Source: Minisyncoccota bacterium (GTDB lineage Bacteria; Patescibacteriota; Microgenomatia; UBA1400; PJMF01). From it: a stretch of DNA of 64,000 bases. The notes under the pieces are model-generated. The model had not been told where the DNA came from, made no database searches, and saw only the letters and a list, made by a program, of their open reading frames with translations. The position numbers and the translations under genes are program-made. Where the stretch lies: positions 7,174 to 71,173 of the forward strand of contig JAACWQ010000006.1 in assembly GCA_009991965.1 (NCBI GenBank), given 5' to 3'. Below are positions 48,642 to 57,187 of the stretch, piece after piece (within the stretch, counting starts at the first letter, position 1; the number at the start of each line of letters is the position of its first letter).

Positions 48642-48899
48642 ATGTCACATGTCAAAGCCTCGGGCGCAGTCGCCCAACACAAACAAGGAAATCGCCACGG
48701 CAAACGCTTGGGTGTCAAAAAGTTTGGTGGAGAAAAAGTTCAAATTGGCTCAATCATCATCAGACAACGCGGTGCTACCTACAAAGCTGGTAAGCACGTC
48801 GGACTGGGACGAGACTACACAATCTTTGCGCTCAAAGACGGAGTAGTAGAATTTGGAAAGCAACATTCATCCACAGTCGTCAACGTTCTTCCTGAGTAA
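48642..48899 (+). CDS. rpmA: 50S ribosomal protein L27
   Basis: [52 protein letters not shown] is a near-canonical L27. There is no N-terminal propeptide. Confidence 0.9.
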   Translation: MSHVKASGAVAQHKQGNRHGKRLGVKKFGGEKVQIGSIIIRQRGATYKAGKHVGLGRDYTIFALKDGVVEFGKQHSSTVVNVLPE

Positions 48900-48949
48900 C
48901 CAAAGTCCCACTCCCCGTTGAGTGCCAGATGTGATATACCTTTGCTATT

Positions 48950-49774
48950 ATGGCAAATTCATCCATACAATTACTCGCAATTACCTTTTTACAACCAAAT
49001 CCCTTCCAACCCAGAAATAAAATTGCTGAGGCAGAAATCGTAGAATTAGCAGACTCCATTAAACAGTTTGGCGTCCTCGAACCACTCGTCGTCGCAGATA
49101 CTCCCGCTGGGTATCAAATTATTGCTGGCGAACGCCGCTGGCGAGCAGCCAAAATTGCTGGTCTCAGTGAAGTCCCTGTAATCATCAAAAAAACGTCTCC
49201 TAGAGAAATGCTGGAAATCGCTTTAATAGAGAACGTCCAACGAACCAATTTATCAGCAATAGAACGTGCACAAGCATTTCAACAACTACAGCGAGAGTTT
49301 TCGTTTAGCGTAGCGGATATCGCACGCAGAGTCAGCAAGTCAAGTTCTTATGTTAGCAATACTCTGAAACTGCTCACGCTTCCCGATGCTATCAAAGATG
49401 GTTTGCTTGGTGGCAACATTTCTGAGGGTCATGCAAGAGCCATTTCGGGCATTCTAAATCCATCGACTATGGTCTTAGTCTACAAACGAATTTTGAAGGA
49501 AAATGCTTCTGTGCGCAGGGCAGAGGAGCTCTCACGACATGCCAAAGAAAGCTCACATGACCCAAAGTCTCATATAGTTCCCGGTGCGTACGCGATTGAT
49601 AAAGCCAAGCTAAAACAATGGGAAAAGACGATCCAAGGCATGCTAGCCGCAAAATCAAAACTCAATCTTGTTCGCACTGATCGTCAAACCAAAATCAGCA
49701 TTACCCTTAAGGGTGATGTAGAAAAAACACAACAAGACCTCGAAAAATTCATGAGTATTATCGAATCTCAATAA
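48950..49774 (+). CDS. parB: ParB/Spo0J-family partition protein
   Basis: LEPLVVADTPAGYQIIAGERRWRAAKIAGLSEVPVII ParB box (GERRxRA), followed by an HTH. Confidence 0.85.
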   Translation: MANSSIQLLAITFLQPNPFQPRNKIAEAEIVELADSIKQFGVLEPLVVADTPAGYQIIAGERRWRAAKIAGLSEVPVIIKKTSPREMLEIALIENVQRTNLSAIERAQAFQQLQREFSFSVADIARRVSKSSSYVSNTLKLLTLPDAIKDGLLGGNISEGHARAISGILNPSTMVLVYKRILKENASVRRAEELSRHAKESSHDPKSHIVPGAYAIDKAKLKQWEKTIQGMLAAKSKLNLVRTDRQTKISITLKGDVEKTQQDLEKFMSIIESQ

Positions 49775-50430
49775 GAAACTTTTGGCAACAAGCCAATATC
49801 TTTGGCTGGCCAGTAGCGGAAGAAGGCTCTGCCGACAATTTCGTCTGCTGCAACAGGACCCCAAGCACGCGAATCACTCGAGTGTGGGCGATTATCACCC
49901 GACGCGAAGTACTCATTTGGTCCAAGCGTAATAACCCTGCCACCCGAAGTAAATGTCCCCTCACTGGTAATCACCGAACTATCCAAATATTGAGATTCAT
50001 CAAGTTTTTGTTGGTTTAGATACAGACTTGAGTCTTTTACCTGTACTGTATCTCCCGGCACGCCAATGACTCGTTTAATGAAATCACAACCAGTGTCTTC
50101 GGGACAATTGGCGGCCGCCGGCGCATGAAATACGATCACATCTCCCCGTTGCGGAGTCCCAACGCGGTAACTGACTTTGTCTGTTAACAAGTAATCTCCA
50201 TCGTGAAAATTTGGAAACATAGACAGACCGTTTACCTGATGCGGCTGTAGTAAGAATAAGTAAACAACTAAAAAAAGCGATAAACCAATTACAACTGTTT
50301 CAATGAAATCGAGAATGACGCTTGAAAATGATTTTATAAGTCTATGCATAGGACGTCGTTCATTATCACGATTCTCCGCTGGAGTTTCAAGCGGTAAATA
50401 GAGATAATGGCAGGATGGGTTATACCGCAC
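49768..50430 (-). CDS. lepB: signal peptidase I (S26 family)
   Basis: Box B LSMFPNFHDGDYLLTDKVSY (catalytic Ser), box D GDVIVF, box E GDNRPHSSDSRAWGPV. Its 3' end overlaps the parB 3' end by 7 nt. Confidence 0.85.
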   Translation of the reverse strand: MRYNPSCHYLYLPLETPAENRDNERRPMHRLIKSFSSVILDFIETVVIGLSLFLVVYLFLLQPHQVNGLSMFPNFHDGDYLLTDKVSYRVGTPQRGDVIVFHAPAAANCPEDTGCDFIKRVIGVPGDTVQVKDSSLYLNQQKLDESQYLDSSVITSEGTFTSGGRVITLGPNEYFASGDNRPHSSDSRAWGPVAADEIVGRAFFRYWPAKDIGLLPKVSY

Positions 50431-51641
50431 ATACGCTTCGTGGATTTAGTTGGCAAACGGTTTTAAAGTTTGCCACGGCTGGTATTGCGCTCGTAAAAAT
50501 ATCACTGCTTTCTCATATATTGTCACCAGCGGACTTCGGCGTCTTTGCGATTGTGCTCGTTGCGCTGGGTATTAGCGAGGCAACAACACAAACTGGCGTC
50601 AACATCACCTTGCTACAAACAACGCGCAGCATCCGTTACTATCTCAGTACGGCTTGGGTAATAGCAATCGTTCGAGGCTTCTTTATTGCGATTCTCATGA
50701 CAAGCGTCGGTTTATTGCTGGCAAAATACTACAACAACCCCGTACTTGCACCACTGACTGCGATAGCAGCCCTCGTGCCGCTTATTAAAGGCTTCATTAA
50801 CCCCAGCTTGATCAAGTACCAAAAAGAACTCCTCTTTTCGAAAGAAGCTATATTTAGACTCTCGCTTTCGCTCATAGAAACTACAGCCACAGTTTTATTT
50901 GCAGTTTTCATCCACTCGCCACTCGCGCTGCTACTCGGACTTGTTTTTGTTGCAATAATCGAAGTCATTGCCTCTTTCTATTTATTCTCCGATTGGCCAA
51001 CACTTACTTTCCATAGTAGTCGCGCCAAAGACATCCTCAAGAATTCGCTTGGCCTGAGTCCCGCTGCGTTGCTCAGTTATATCGGAGATAACATTGATGA
51101 TTTTTTGATTGGTAAGTTACTCGGTACCTACAAACTTGGCCTCTATCACAACGCCTACGCACTGAGTCACAAACCAAACTATGATGTTTCAAAAGCACTA
51201 AATCACTCCACGCTCCCCATTTTTTCTAAAATGCAAAATGACAAAGTTCGGCTCAGAAACGCATTTCTAAAATCTTCTGTTGCACTCATCGGTCTCATCA
51301 CGCTACTTTCACTACCACTTTTTTTCTTCCCGACGCAACTCGTTTCATTGCTCTTTGGCAAACAGTGGCTACCAATTGCCCCAATCCTCCCACTGCTCGC
51401 ACTGGCAGGAATTTTACAAAGCTGCAACAACCTTGGCTACAATCTCTGGCTAACTTCAAAAAAATACGCCATACTCAATCTCCATCTTGCCTTGAGCGTC
51501 GCTTCACTTGTTTTTGGACTCTTCTATTTTATTTCCAGCAACGACTTTTATGGCACCGGCCAAGCCATTCTCTTTTCCCGACTGATTCCGCTCCCGCTCC
51601 TCGTATTTGGTGTGTATAGATCCCTCCGACATGCAACCTAG
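50415..51641 (+). CDS. Wzx-like oligosaccharide flippase (MOP/PST family), short form
   Basis: N-terminal VLKFATAGIALVKISLLSHILSPADFGVFAIVLV...TQTGVNITLLQ is the PST pattern. About 10-12 hydrophobic helices. 408 aa. Confidence 0.55.
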   Translation: MGYTAHTLRGFSWQTVLKFATAGIALVKISLLSHILSPADFGVFAIVLVALGISEATTQTGVNITLLQTTRSIRYYLSTAWVIAIVRGFFIAILMTSVGLLLAKYYNNPVLAPLTAIAALVPLIKGFINPSLIKYQKELLFSKEAIFRLSLSLIETTATVLFAVFIHSPLALLLGLVFVAIIEVIASFYLFSDWPTLTFHSSRAKDILKNSLGLSPAALLSYIGDNIDDFLIGKLLGTYKLGLYHNAYALSHKPNYDVSKALNHSTLPIFSKMQNDKVRLRNAFLKSSVALIGLITLLSLPLFFFPTQLVSLLFGKQWLPIAPILPLLALAGILQSCNNLGYNLWLTSKKYAILNLHLALSVASLVFGLFYFISSNDFYGTGQAILFSRLIPLPLLVFGVYRSLRHAT

Positions 51642-52266
51642 CGTTTCAGTCATCACTATTGGCCGAGAAAATACCAAACAACCGATTCAAGATTTTGCCG
51701 CGGCCAGAAATGCAGCGCTCAAAAACGCCACCAGCGATTGGGTGGTCTTCCTCGACTCAGATGAAAAAATAAGCGAATCAGATTTTGAAAAACTCAAAAA
51801 ATATATTTCTCAAACCAAAGCAGCGGGTCTCTATCTCACACGCTCCGATATTTTTTATGGCGTGCAACTGCACTATGGAGAGTGGGGGAGCACAAAAATC
51901 TTGCGCGCAATGCAACCCGCCAAGGCAAAATACCAAGGAAAAGTCCATGAAGTGCCACAAATCTCAGGCACGACTGAACAAACAGACGTCGTCATTTTGC
52001 ACACCGCTCATCCCTCCATTAACCAATTTATAGCAAAAGTATCAAACTACGCAGCACTTGCAGCAGCAGAGCGAAAGACTTCACTACTTCGTACGGGCAT
52101 AGAAATCTGCACCTACCCGATTGCAAAATTTTTGCTCAATTACTTTTTACTTCGAGGATTTCTTGATGGTTGGCGCGGCCTTGCGTACGCTACCGTCATG
52201 AGTTTGCATTCATTTTTTGTCCGCGCGTATCGTATTTCTTGGCACCTACAAAATGAAACTACCTAA
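51631..52266 (+). CDS. small GT2-family glycosyltransferase
   Basis: VSVITIGREN...AARNAALKNATSDWVVFLDSDE (DxD), with a C-terminal amphipathic tail. ORF track start 51607 is the alternative. Confidence 0.55.
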   Translation: MQPSVSVITIGRENTKQPIQDFAAARNAALKNATSDWVVFLDSDEKISESDFEKLKKYISQTKAAGLYLTRSDIFYGVQLHYGEWGSTKILRAMQPAKAKYQGKVHEVPQISGTTEQTDVVILHTAHPSINQFIAKVSNYAALAAAERKTSLLRTGIEICTYPIAKFLLNYFLLRGFLDGWRGLAYATVMSLHSFFVRAYRISWHLQNETT

Positions 52267-53413
52267 ATCACTCAACAAGGAAGTAGTACTGCTTGGTGTA
52301 CTTATTTTTATCCTTTCACTGGGACAGCTCCAGAGAATTGCCGTTCCTTGGGGAGCGCAATACGCCCACGAACTCGTTTTGTTTTTCTACTTGTTTACCA
52401 AACGCAAAGTCTACGCTCGAATACTGCTAAAAACTTGGAAAGAGTCGAGAACGAATACAAAAATTCTTGTCGCACTCATCATCAGCGGCGTGCTGCTACA
52501 AAGCTTTACCAGTGGCGACCAACGGGGATTGCTTCTCACCTTTCGTGCATTTTTATACACGAGTACAGCCTGGACTATCTATCTCTCAGTTGCCACCAAG
52601 CAAAAAGAACTGCTTCGCCTCTTCTTGCTCACCAGTGGAGTAGTCATGGCAATCATGGGAGTGATCCAATATCTCTTTTTGCCAGATATGCGATTTTTGG
52701 CCGTACTCGGTTGGGATGACCACTACTACCGAGCAATTGGCAGCATGCTTGATCCAAATTATTTTGGCATACTACTTGTGCTCACGCTCGCCAATCTCTG
52801 GTCTTGGGGCAAGCGAATTCCTGCCAAGCTGACAATTGCCCTTACCGTACTACTCAGCATGACCATCGCGGCCACCATCTCTCGGGCTACGTTCCTTGCC
52901 GTTACCATTTTCTTTGTAACACAATTTCTACGCAACAAAAAAATTGTCAGTCTTGCCGCTGGCATCCTTTTGATCACATTGCTTGCGCTACCGAAACCAA
53001 CTGGCGAAGGGGTCGATCTGCTGCGAACGAGCAGTATCAATAGTCGCATCTCCCACGATCAAGAAGCACTCGGTGGTTTTGAACTTAATCCAATCAAAAT
53101 GCTTTTTGGCACTGGGTTATTTTCTAGTGTCCATCCGAGCACTTTTGCAGATAAAAGTATTGACCATGGCCTGCAGGCAAATAATATTTTTGTTTTCCTG
53201 TATCAGGGAATTGGGCTGGTTGGAATGTTGTTACTACTTCCAATCTTACTCAAAGATTATAAAATCGTCTATCAAAAAGAGCACATCATTGCGTTTGCGC
53301 TCGTGGCGTTGCTTGTCCACGCACAGTTCAACAACTCTTTTTTTGAGCCAATTGTTTTTTCGTACTGGGTGTTGCTGGTAGCGACGCTGAAAAAAACTAC
53401 AACTGAAAAATAA
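52253..53413 (+). CDS. O-antigen-ligase/polymerase (Wzy_C)-like polytopic membrane protein
   Basis: About 10 TM helices, with ...ISRATFLAVTIFFVTQFL and the loop STFADKSIDHGLQANNIFVFLYQGIGLVGML. ORF track start 52217 is a TTG; the ATG at 52253 is preferred. Confidence 0.55.
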   Translation: MKLPKSLNKEVVLLGVLIFILSLGQLQRIAVPWGAQYAHELVLFFYLFTKRKVYARILLKTWKESRTNTKILVALIISGVLLQSFTSGDQRGLLLTFRAFLYTSTAWTIYLSVATKQKELLRLFLLTSGVVMAIMGVIQYLFLPDMRFLAVLGWDDHYYRAIGSMLDPNYFGILLVLTLANLWSWGKRIPAKLTIALTVLLSMTIAATISRATFLAVTIFFVTQFLRNKKIVSLAAGILLITLLALPKPTGEGVDLLRTSSINSRISHDQEALGGFELNPIKMLFGTGLFSSVHPSTFADKSIDHGLQANNIFVFLYQGIGLVGMLLLLPILLKDYKIVYQKEHIIAFALVALLVHAQFNNSFFEPIVFSYWVLLVATLKKTTTEK

Positions 53414-54110
53414 CTGACAATTTCTTCTCAGTCACATTACCAGCTGCGTCTGTCGCTATAAACTCCAAATCATTCTTGCCCTCATTCAGACGAAAACTAT
53501 GACCAAATGCACCATCTAGTTTGGCGTAGGTGAGTTGTCCATTGATCGTCACTTTGACACCAGGATCGGTCAGTCCTGCAATTTGTAAGTTCTGTTGCGC
53601 ACGACCTTGGATTATTGCGTCTGCAGTAGGGGTTGTGATATCGAGCAATGGCGCTTCTGTGTCGAGAGCAATCTTGTATCCACGACTGAGCTGCGATTCG
53701 TTGCCCGCGGCATCCCGCGCATACGTTGTCAAAACATTCTCGCCTTCGGTCAATGTAGTTGTCGCCTGAAAAGATCCATCTTCTTGCGCCACAACTGGCT
53801 CAAGCTCTTCGCCATTTACAATCACAAAAACCTCACTCTCGGCCTCAGCATAGCCAAACAACAGCAACTCTGCATCCTTGGTAGCCTTGGGTGGAGCAGT
53901 CAAAGTCGGGGTAAAGGGTGGCAACTCATCTTTGGGTGTAAACGGGGTAGTGCTGCCCAAAAAGCTTGAGGTTATGTTGATGAAGTTGGGCAAGATGACA
54001 AAGATAAACAAACTGACCAAAATAGCTGCTATAACAATAAAAAACCAAAACTGACGAACAACTTTGGTTTTCTCTTGCTTTACCAGGCGGGATGTAACTC
54101 TTCTGCGCAT
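53397..54110 (-). CDS. membrane-anchored exported protein with two Ig-like repeats
   Basis: N-terminal TM FWFFIVIAAILVSLFIFVILP, then a Pro/Thr linker, then two ~80-aa repeats each ending ...DAAGN(ESQ/VTE). Confidence 0.55.
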   Translation of the reverse strand: MRRRVTSRLVKQEKTKVVRQFWFFIVIAAILVSLFIFVILPNFINITSSFLGSTTPFTPKDELPPFTPTLTAPPKATKDAELLLFGYAEAESEVFVIVNGEELEPVVAQEDGSFQATTTLTEGENVLTTYARDAAGNESQLSRGYKIALDTEAPLLDITTPTADAIIQGRAQQNLQIAGLTDPGVKVTINGQLTYAKLDGAFGHSFRLNEGKNDLEFIATDAAGNVTEKKLSVIFQL

Positions 54111-54143
54111 ACCAACTAGTATACCGTATTACTATTGATTCTA

Positions 54144-54219
54144 TGGAGCCGGGAAGGGGATTCGGACCCCTGACCTACGGTTTACGATACCGTCGCTCTA
54201 CCAACTGAGCTATCCCGGC
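54144..54219 (-). tRNA. tRNA-Thr (anticodon CGT), CCA encoded
   Basis: Reverse complement GCCGGGATAGCTCAGTTGGTAGAGCGACGGTATCGTAAACCGTAGGTCAGGGGTCCGAATCCCCTTCCCGGCTCCA folds as a cloverleaf: 7-bp acceptor, D stem GCTC/GAGC, anticodon stem ACGGT/ACCGT, loop ATCGTAA, T stem AGGGG/CCCCT. Confidence 0.85.
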
Positions 54220-54224
54220 GAGGG

Positions 54225-54295
54225 AGCGAGATACGAGAATCGAACTCGTGCTATCAGCTTGGGAAGCTAACGTACTGCCATTATACTAATCTCGC
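54225..54295 (-). tRNA. tRNA-Gly (anticodon CCC), no encoded CCA
   Basis: Reverse complement GCGAGATTAGTATAATGGCAGTACGTTAGCTTCCCAAGCTGATAGCACGAGTTCGATTCTCGTATCTCGCT. Acceptor GCGAGAT/ATCTCGC, anticodon loop TTCCCAA, T loop TTCGATT. Confidence 0.8.
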
Positions 54296-54325
54296 GCTCA
54301 ATGATATTGTAACAAAGAAAATCAT

Positions 54326-54973
54326 ATGGCAAACAAGAACAAATATTGCCGTTTCTACCTCACTCGACATGGCGAGACTGTTTGGAATACGCAGGGACTC
54401 ATGCAGGGTCACGCCGATTCTCCGCTTACAGAAAATGGCATCAACCAAGCAAAAGAAACTGCAAAAAAACTACAAGATGTACAGTTTGCCCAAGTTTTTA
54501 GTTCGGACCTCATGCGATCACAGCGAACAGCCGAGATTATTTCTGCCGATCACGACCTCGTTGTAAAAACAAACAAGCTACTGAGAGAGTACTCGCTTGG
54601 ACCATTTGAGGGCAAAAAAATCTCGTACTTTTTGGAAACACTCAAAAAATCCATTGCCTACCGCGACTCTCTGGCAGATGAATTGCGACTGGCCCACCAA
54701 CTGCATCCCGAGGTAGAAATCGAAGAGAAGAGTGCAATCCGGATGATTACTTTTTTTCGAGAAACTGCCTTCGCCTATCCGGGGAAAAATGTGTTGGCTG
54801 TTTCGCACGCGGGGACGATCAGAGCGTTGCTGGTAAAACTTGGCTACGCCACCAACGACGAACTCCCACATGGCTCAATCAAAAATGCTTCGTACGTTGT
54901 CTTGGATTGCGATGGAGTTGATTTTTTTGTGCGGGAAACGGTGGGGGTAGAAAAAACAAAACAACAACAGTAA
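54326..54973 (+). CDS. histidine phosphatase superfamily (phosphoglycerate mutase-like) protein
   Basis: RFYLTRHGETVWNTQGLMQGHADSPLTENGINQA (RHGE catalytic motif) and a later H in VSHAGTIRAL. Confidence 0.8.
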   Translation: MANKNKYCRFYLTRHGETVWNTQGLMQGHADSPLTENGINQAKETAKKLQDVQFAQVFSSDLMRSQRTAEIISADHDLVVKTNKLLREYSLGPFEGKKISYFLETLKKSIAYRDSLADELRLAHQLHPEVEIEEKSAIRMITFFRETAFAYPGKNVLAVSHAGTIRALLVKLGYATNDELPHGSIKNASYVVLDCDGVDFFVRETVGVEKTKQQQ

Positions 54974-55008
54974 CCGCATGAAAAAAGTTTCTAGACACTT
55001 ACAATTAA

Positions 55009-55263
55009 TCAGGTATTCAACCGTGAACTAGAGCGAGGTCTGATAGGGCAGATCTCAGGATCAGCTCCAGCACGATTAAAGAATCCCATAGCAAGAACAG
55101 CTAAATAGTTAGTTAGTATTGCAGTGACAACTGTTTCTTCAATATATTTTTCAAGGATTACCGAAAAAGTATCGTCGCAAACAAATCCCAATTGCAATGC
55201 TATTTCCTCAGCATTGCTACAATTCCAATTTTCTTTTATGGTGAGATCTAGTTTTTCTTTCAA
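55009..55263 (-). CDS. hypothetical small protein (84 aa); doubtful
   Basis: ORF sits in an AT-richer 255-nt gap between the phosphatase gene and tRNA-Asp. Amphipathic sequence; no homology recognised. Confidence 0.25.
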   Translation of the reverse strand: MKEKLDLTIKENWNCSNAEEIALQLGFVCDDTFSVILEKYIEETVVTAILTNYLAVLAMGFFNRAGADPEICPIRPRSSSRLNT

Positions 55264-55266
55264 AAA

Positions 55267-55342
55267 TGGCGAACCCGACCAGGATCGAACTGGTGATCTC
55301 CTCCGTGACAGGGAGGCATGTTAACCACTACACCACGGGTCC
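55267..55342 (-). tRNA. tRNA-Asp (anticodon GTC), CCA encoded
   Basis: Reverse complement GGACCCGTGGTGTAGTGGTTAACATGCCTCCCTGTCACGGAGGAGATCACCAGTTCGATCCTGGTCGGGTTCGCCA. Anticodon loop CTGTCAC, T loop TTCGATC, 7-bp acceptor with G2-U71. Confidence 0.85.
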
Positions 55343-55374
55343 TCAGCGTCTGATTATACGAAGAGGGGCCTGGT

Positions 55375-55402
55375 TTGCCAAGACACAACCTGGTGGTATA
55401 CT
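55375..55402 (+). promoter_or_regulatory. sigma70-like promoter (TTGCCA-16 nt-TGgTATACT) 8 nt upstream of the lemA ATG; predicted leaderless
   Basis: -35 TTGCCA at 55375-80. Extended -10 TGG plus TATACT at 55394-55402. ATG at 55411. Confidence 0.5.
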
Positions 55403-55410
55403 ATTTCCAT

Positions 55411-55998
55411 ATGTCTACACCCATTTTTCTTCTCATTATTCTGATCGCCATCGCTTCGTACGCGGCAAGCATCTACAACACCCTACAGCGGCTGATGACG
55501 CAGATCACTGCCAGTATTCAAGAGATCGGTAATCAGCTGAAAAGACAGGCTTCGCTCATCCCAAATTTGGAGTCGAGTGTCAAAGGTTTCCTCAAGCACG
55601 AGCAAGGTATTTTCAAGTTACTGACCGATGCACGCAAGTCGGTAGCACAAGCAGCTTCGTCTAATTCGCTACCAGATATCGAAAAAGCGGCTACGGCCAT
55701 GCAAGCTCTGATGCCAAAGATCAGTTTGGTGGTAGAGGACAATCCAGAACTCAAGTCAAATGAGACAGTAACGCAGTTTATGCGTGAGCTTACCGACACG
55801 GCAGATAAGTTGATGTATGCTCGTCGCTCGGTTATCGATTTGACACAAAACTTTAACGAGAAACTCGTCATGTTCCCATCCAATCTCATTGCCGGTCTGT
55901 TTGGCTTCAAACAACAAGCGGGACTGCAAACACCACAATCTGGTTCACACCTTGAAGTGAGCTCAGACGAGATGAAGGATGTCAAAGTAGACATCTAA
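55411..55998 (+). CDS. lemA: LemA family protein
   Basis: N-terminal TM, then NTLQRLMTQITASIQEIGNQLKRQASLIPNLESSVKGFLKHEQGIFKLLTDAR, the LemA pattern RR.DLIPNLV..VKGY..HE. ORF track start is 55375. Confidence 0.85.
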   Translation: MSTPIFLLIILIAIASYAASIYNTLQRLMTQITASIQEIGNQLKRQASLIPNLESSVKGFLKHEQGIFKLLTDARKSVAQAASSNSLPDIEKAATAMQALMPKISLVVEDNPELKSNETVTQFMRELTDTADKLMYARRSVIDLTQNFNEKLVMFPSNLIAGLFGFKQQAGLQTPQSGSHLEVSSDEMKDVKVDI

Positions 55999-56912
55999 TG
56001 ACGCATCTACAGCTAATTCAACGAAATAAGCAAAAATCAGCCGCAATTATGGTGTTGTTTGTCGGCTTTATTGTCGGTGCGAGTTACTTGATCGCAACTG
56101 GCCTGCAGTATGACCTCAGTTTTGTGGGTATTGCCCTCATTTTATCTGGCATCGTTTCGTTTTCTTCCTATTGGTGGTCAGACAAAGTTATCCTGAGTAT
56201 TTCCAAGGCGCGGCCTGCGACCAAAGCAGAATTTTTTGATTACTATACGGTGGCGGAGAATATCGTCTCAGGCCAAAGGATGCCAATGCCGAAGCTGTAT
56301 GTGATTGATGACTCGGCGATGAATGCGTTTGCCACAGGCAGAGATCCAGAGCACGCAGTTGTGTGTGCGACAACGGGTTTACTCAGTAGATTAACCAGAG
56401 GTGAGATTGAAGGCGTAGTAGCTCACGAACTCTCTCATGTGCAGAACTATGATATTCGCCTCATGTCGGTAGTGACGATACTTGTTGGCATGATTGCGCT
56501 ATTATCCGATTGGGCACTACGCATGACTTTTTGGGGTCGATCTGGCCGTTCCAGGGACAACGACAAAGAAAGCGGACAACTCCAGATTATCCTCGCAGTT
56601 GTCGGTATTGCGCTTGCGCTCCTGTCGCCAATCATTGCACAAATCATCCAGCTGTCTATTTCGAGAAAACGAGAATTTTTGGCTGATGCTTCTGGCATCG
56701 GTATGACAAGAAATCCAAGAGGTCTGATGGCGGCGCTCAAAAAAATCAGCGCTGATACAGAGCCACTCGAAGCAGCTAATAAGGCGACCGCCCATCTTTA
56801 TTTTTCTAATCCTCTAAAAAATACGCATGGAGCTATTAGTTGGTTTTCCAAACTGTTTCAGACGCACCCACCAATTGCAGAACGCATTGCGGCATTGGAG
56901 AAGATTTCATGA
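55998..56912 (+). CDS. htpX: zinc metalloprotease HtpX (M48 family)
   Basis: Two N-terminal TM helices, HEXXH as VVAHELSHVQNYD, and two further TM helices. TAATG overlap with lemA. Confidence 0.85.
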   Translation: MTHLQLIQRNKQKSAAIMVLFVGFIVGASYLIATGLQYDLSFVGIALILSGIVSFSSYWWSDKVILSISKARPATKAEFFDYYTVAENIVSGQRMPMPKLYVIDDSAMNAFATGRDPEHAVVCATTGLLSRLTRGEIEGVVAHELSHVQNYDIRLMSVVTILVGMIALLSDWALRMTFWGRSGRSRDNDKESGQLQIILAVVGIALALLSPIIAQIIQLSISRKREFLADASGIGMTRNPRGLMAALKKISADTEPLEAANKATAHLYFSNPLKNTHGAISWFSKLFQTHPPIAERIAALEKIS

Positions 56913-57187
56913 AAGATCTAATCAAACTTGCCAATCTGCCAATCTCAGACGAGCAAGCAAAATCACTGGAGTCTGCGTTTTCAGAAACGCTCGAAGTATT
57001 CAAAAATCTTACAGATCTCGATATCTCCCAGACTGAACCAACAAACCAAGTAACTGGACAAGAAAATGTGCTGCGTGAAGATAAGATAGATGAAGACAGA
57101 ATGTTAACGCAGTCACAAGCGTTACAATCAGCAAAGCACACACACGAAGGATTTTTTGTGGTTCCAAGGCTCATAGATGAAAAATAA
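56909..57187 (+). CDS. gatC: Asp/Glu-tRNA amidotransferase subunit C
   Basis: 93 aa. MKDLIKLANLPISDEQAKSL...NVLREDKIDE...GFFVVPRLID has the GatC pattern. ATGA overlap with htpX. ORF track start is 56840. Confidence 0.75.
   Translation: MKDLIKLANLPISDEQAKSLESAFSETLEVFKNLTDLDISQTEPTNQVTGQENVLREDKIDEDRMLTQSQALQSAKHTHEGFFVVPRLIDEK

Noticed and set aside
54111-55410. Possible integrative or mobile element at the tRNA cluster
   Set aside because: No integrase, recombinase, transposase or direct repeat of a tRNA 3' end was found. The flanking genes are ordinary housekeeping genes.
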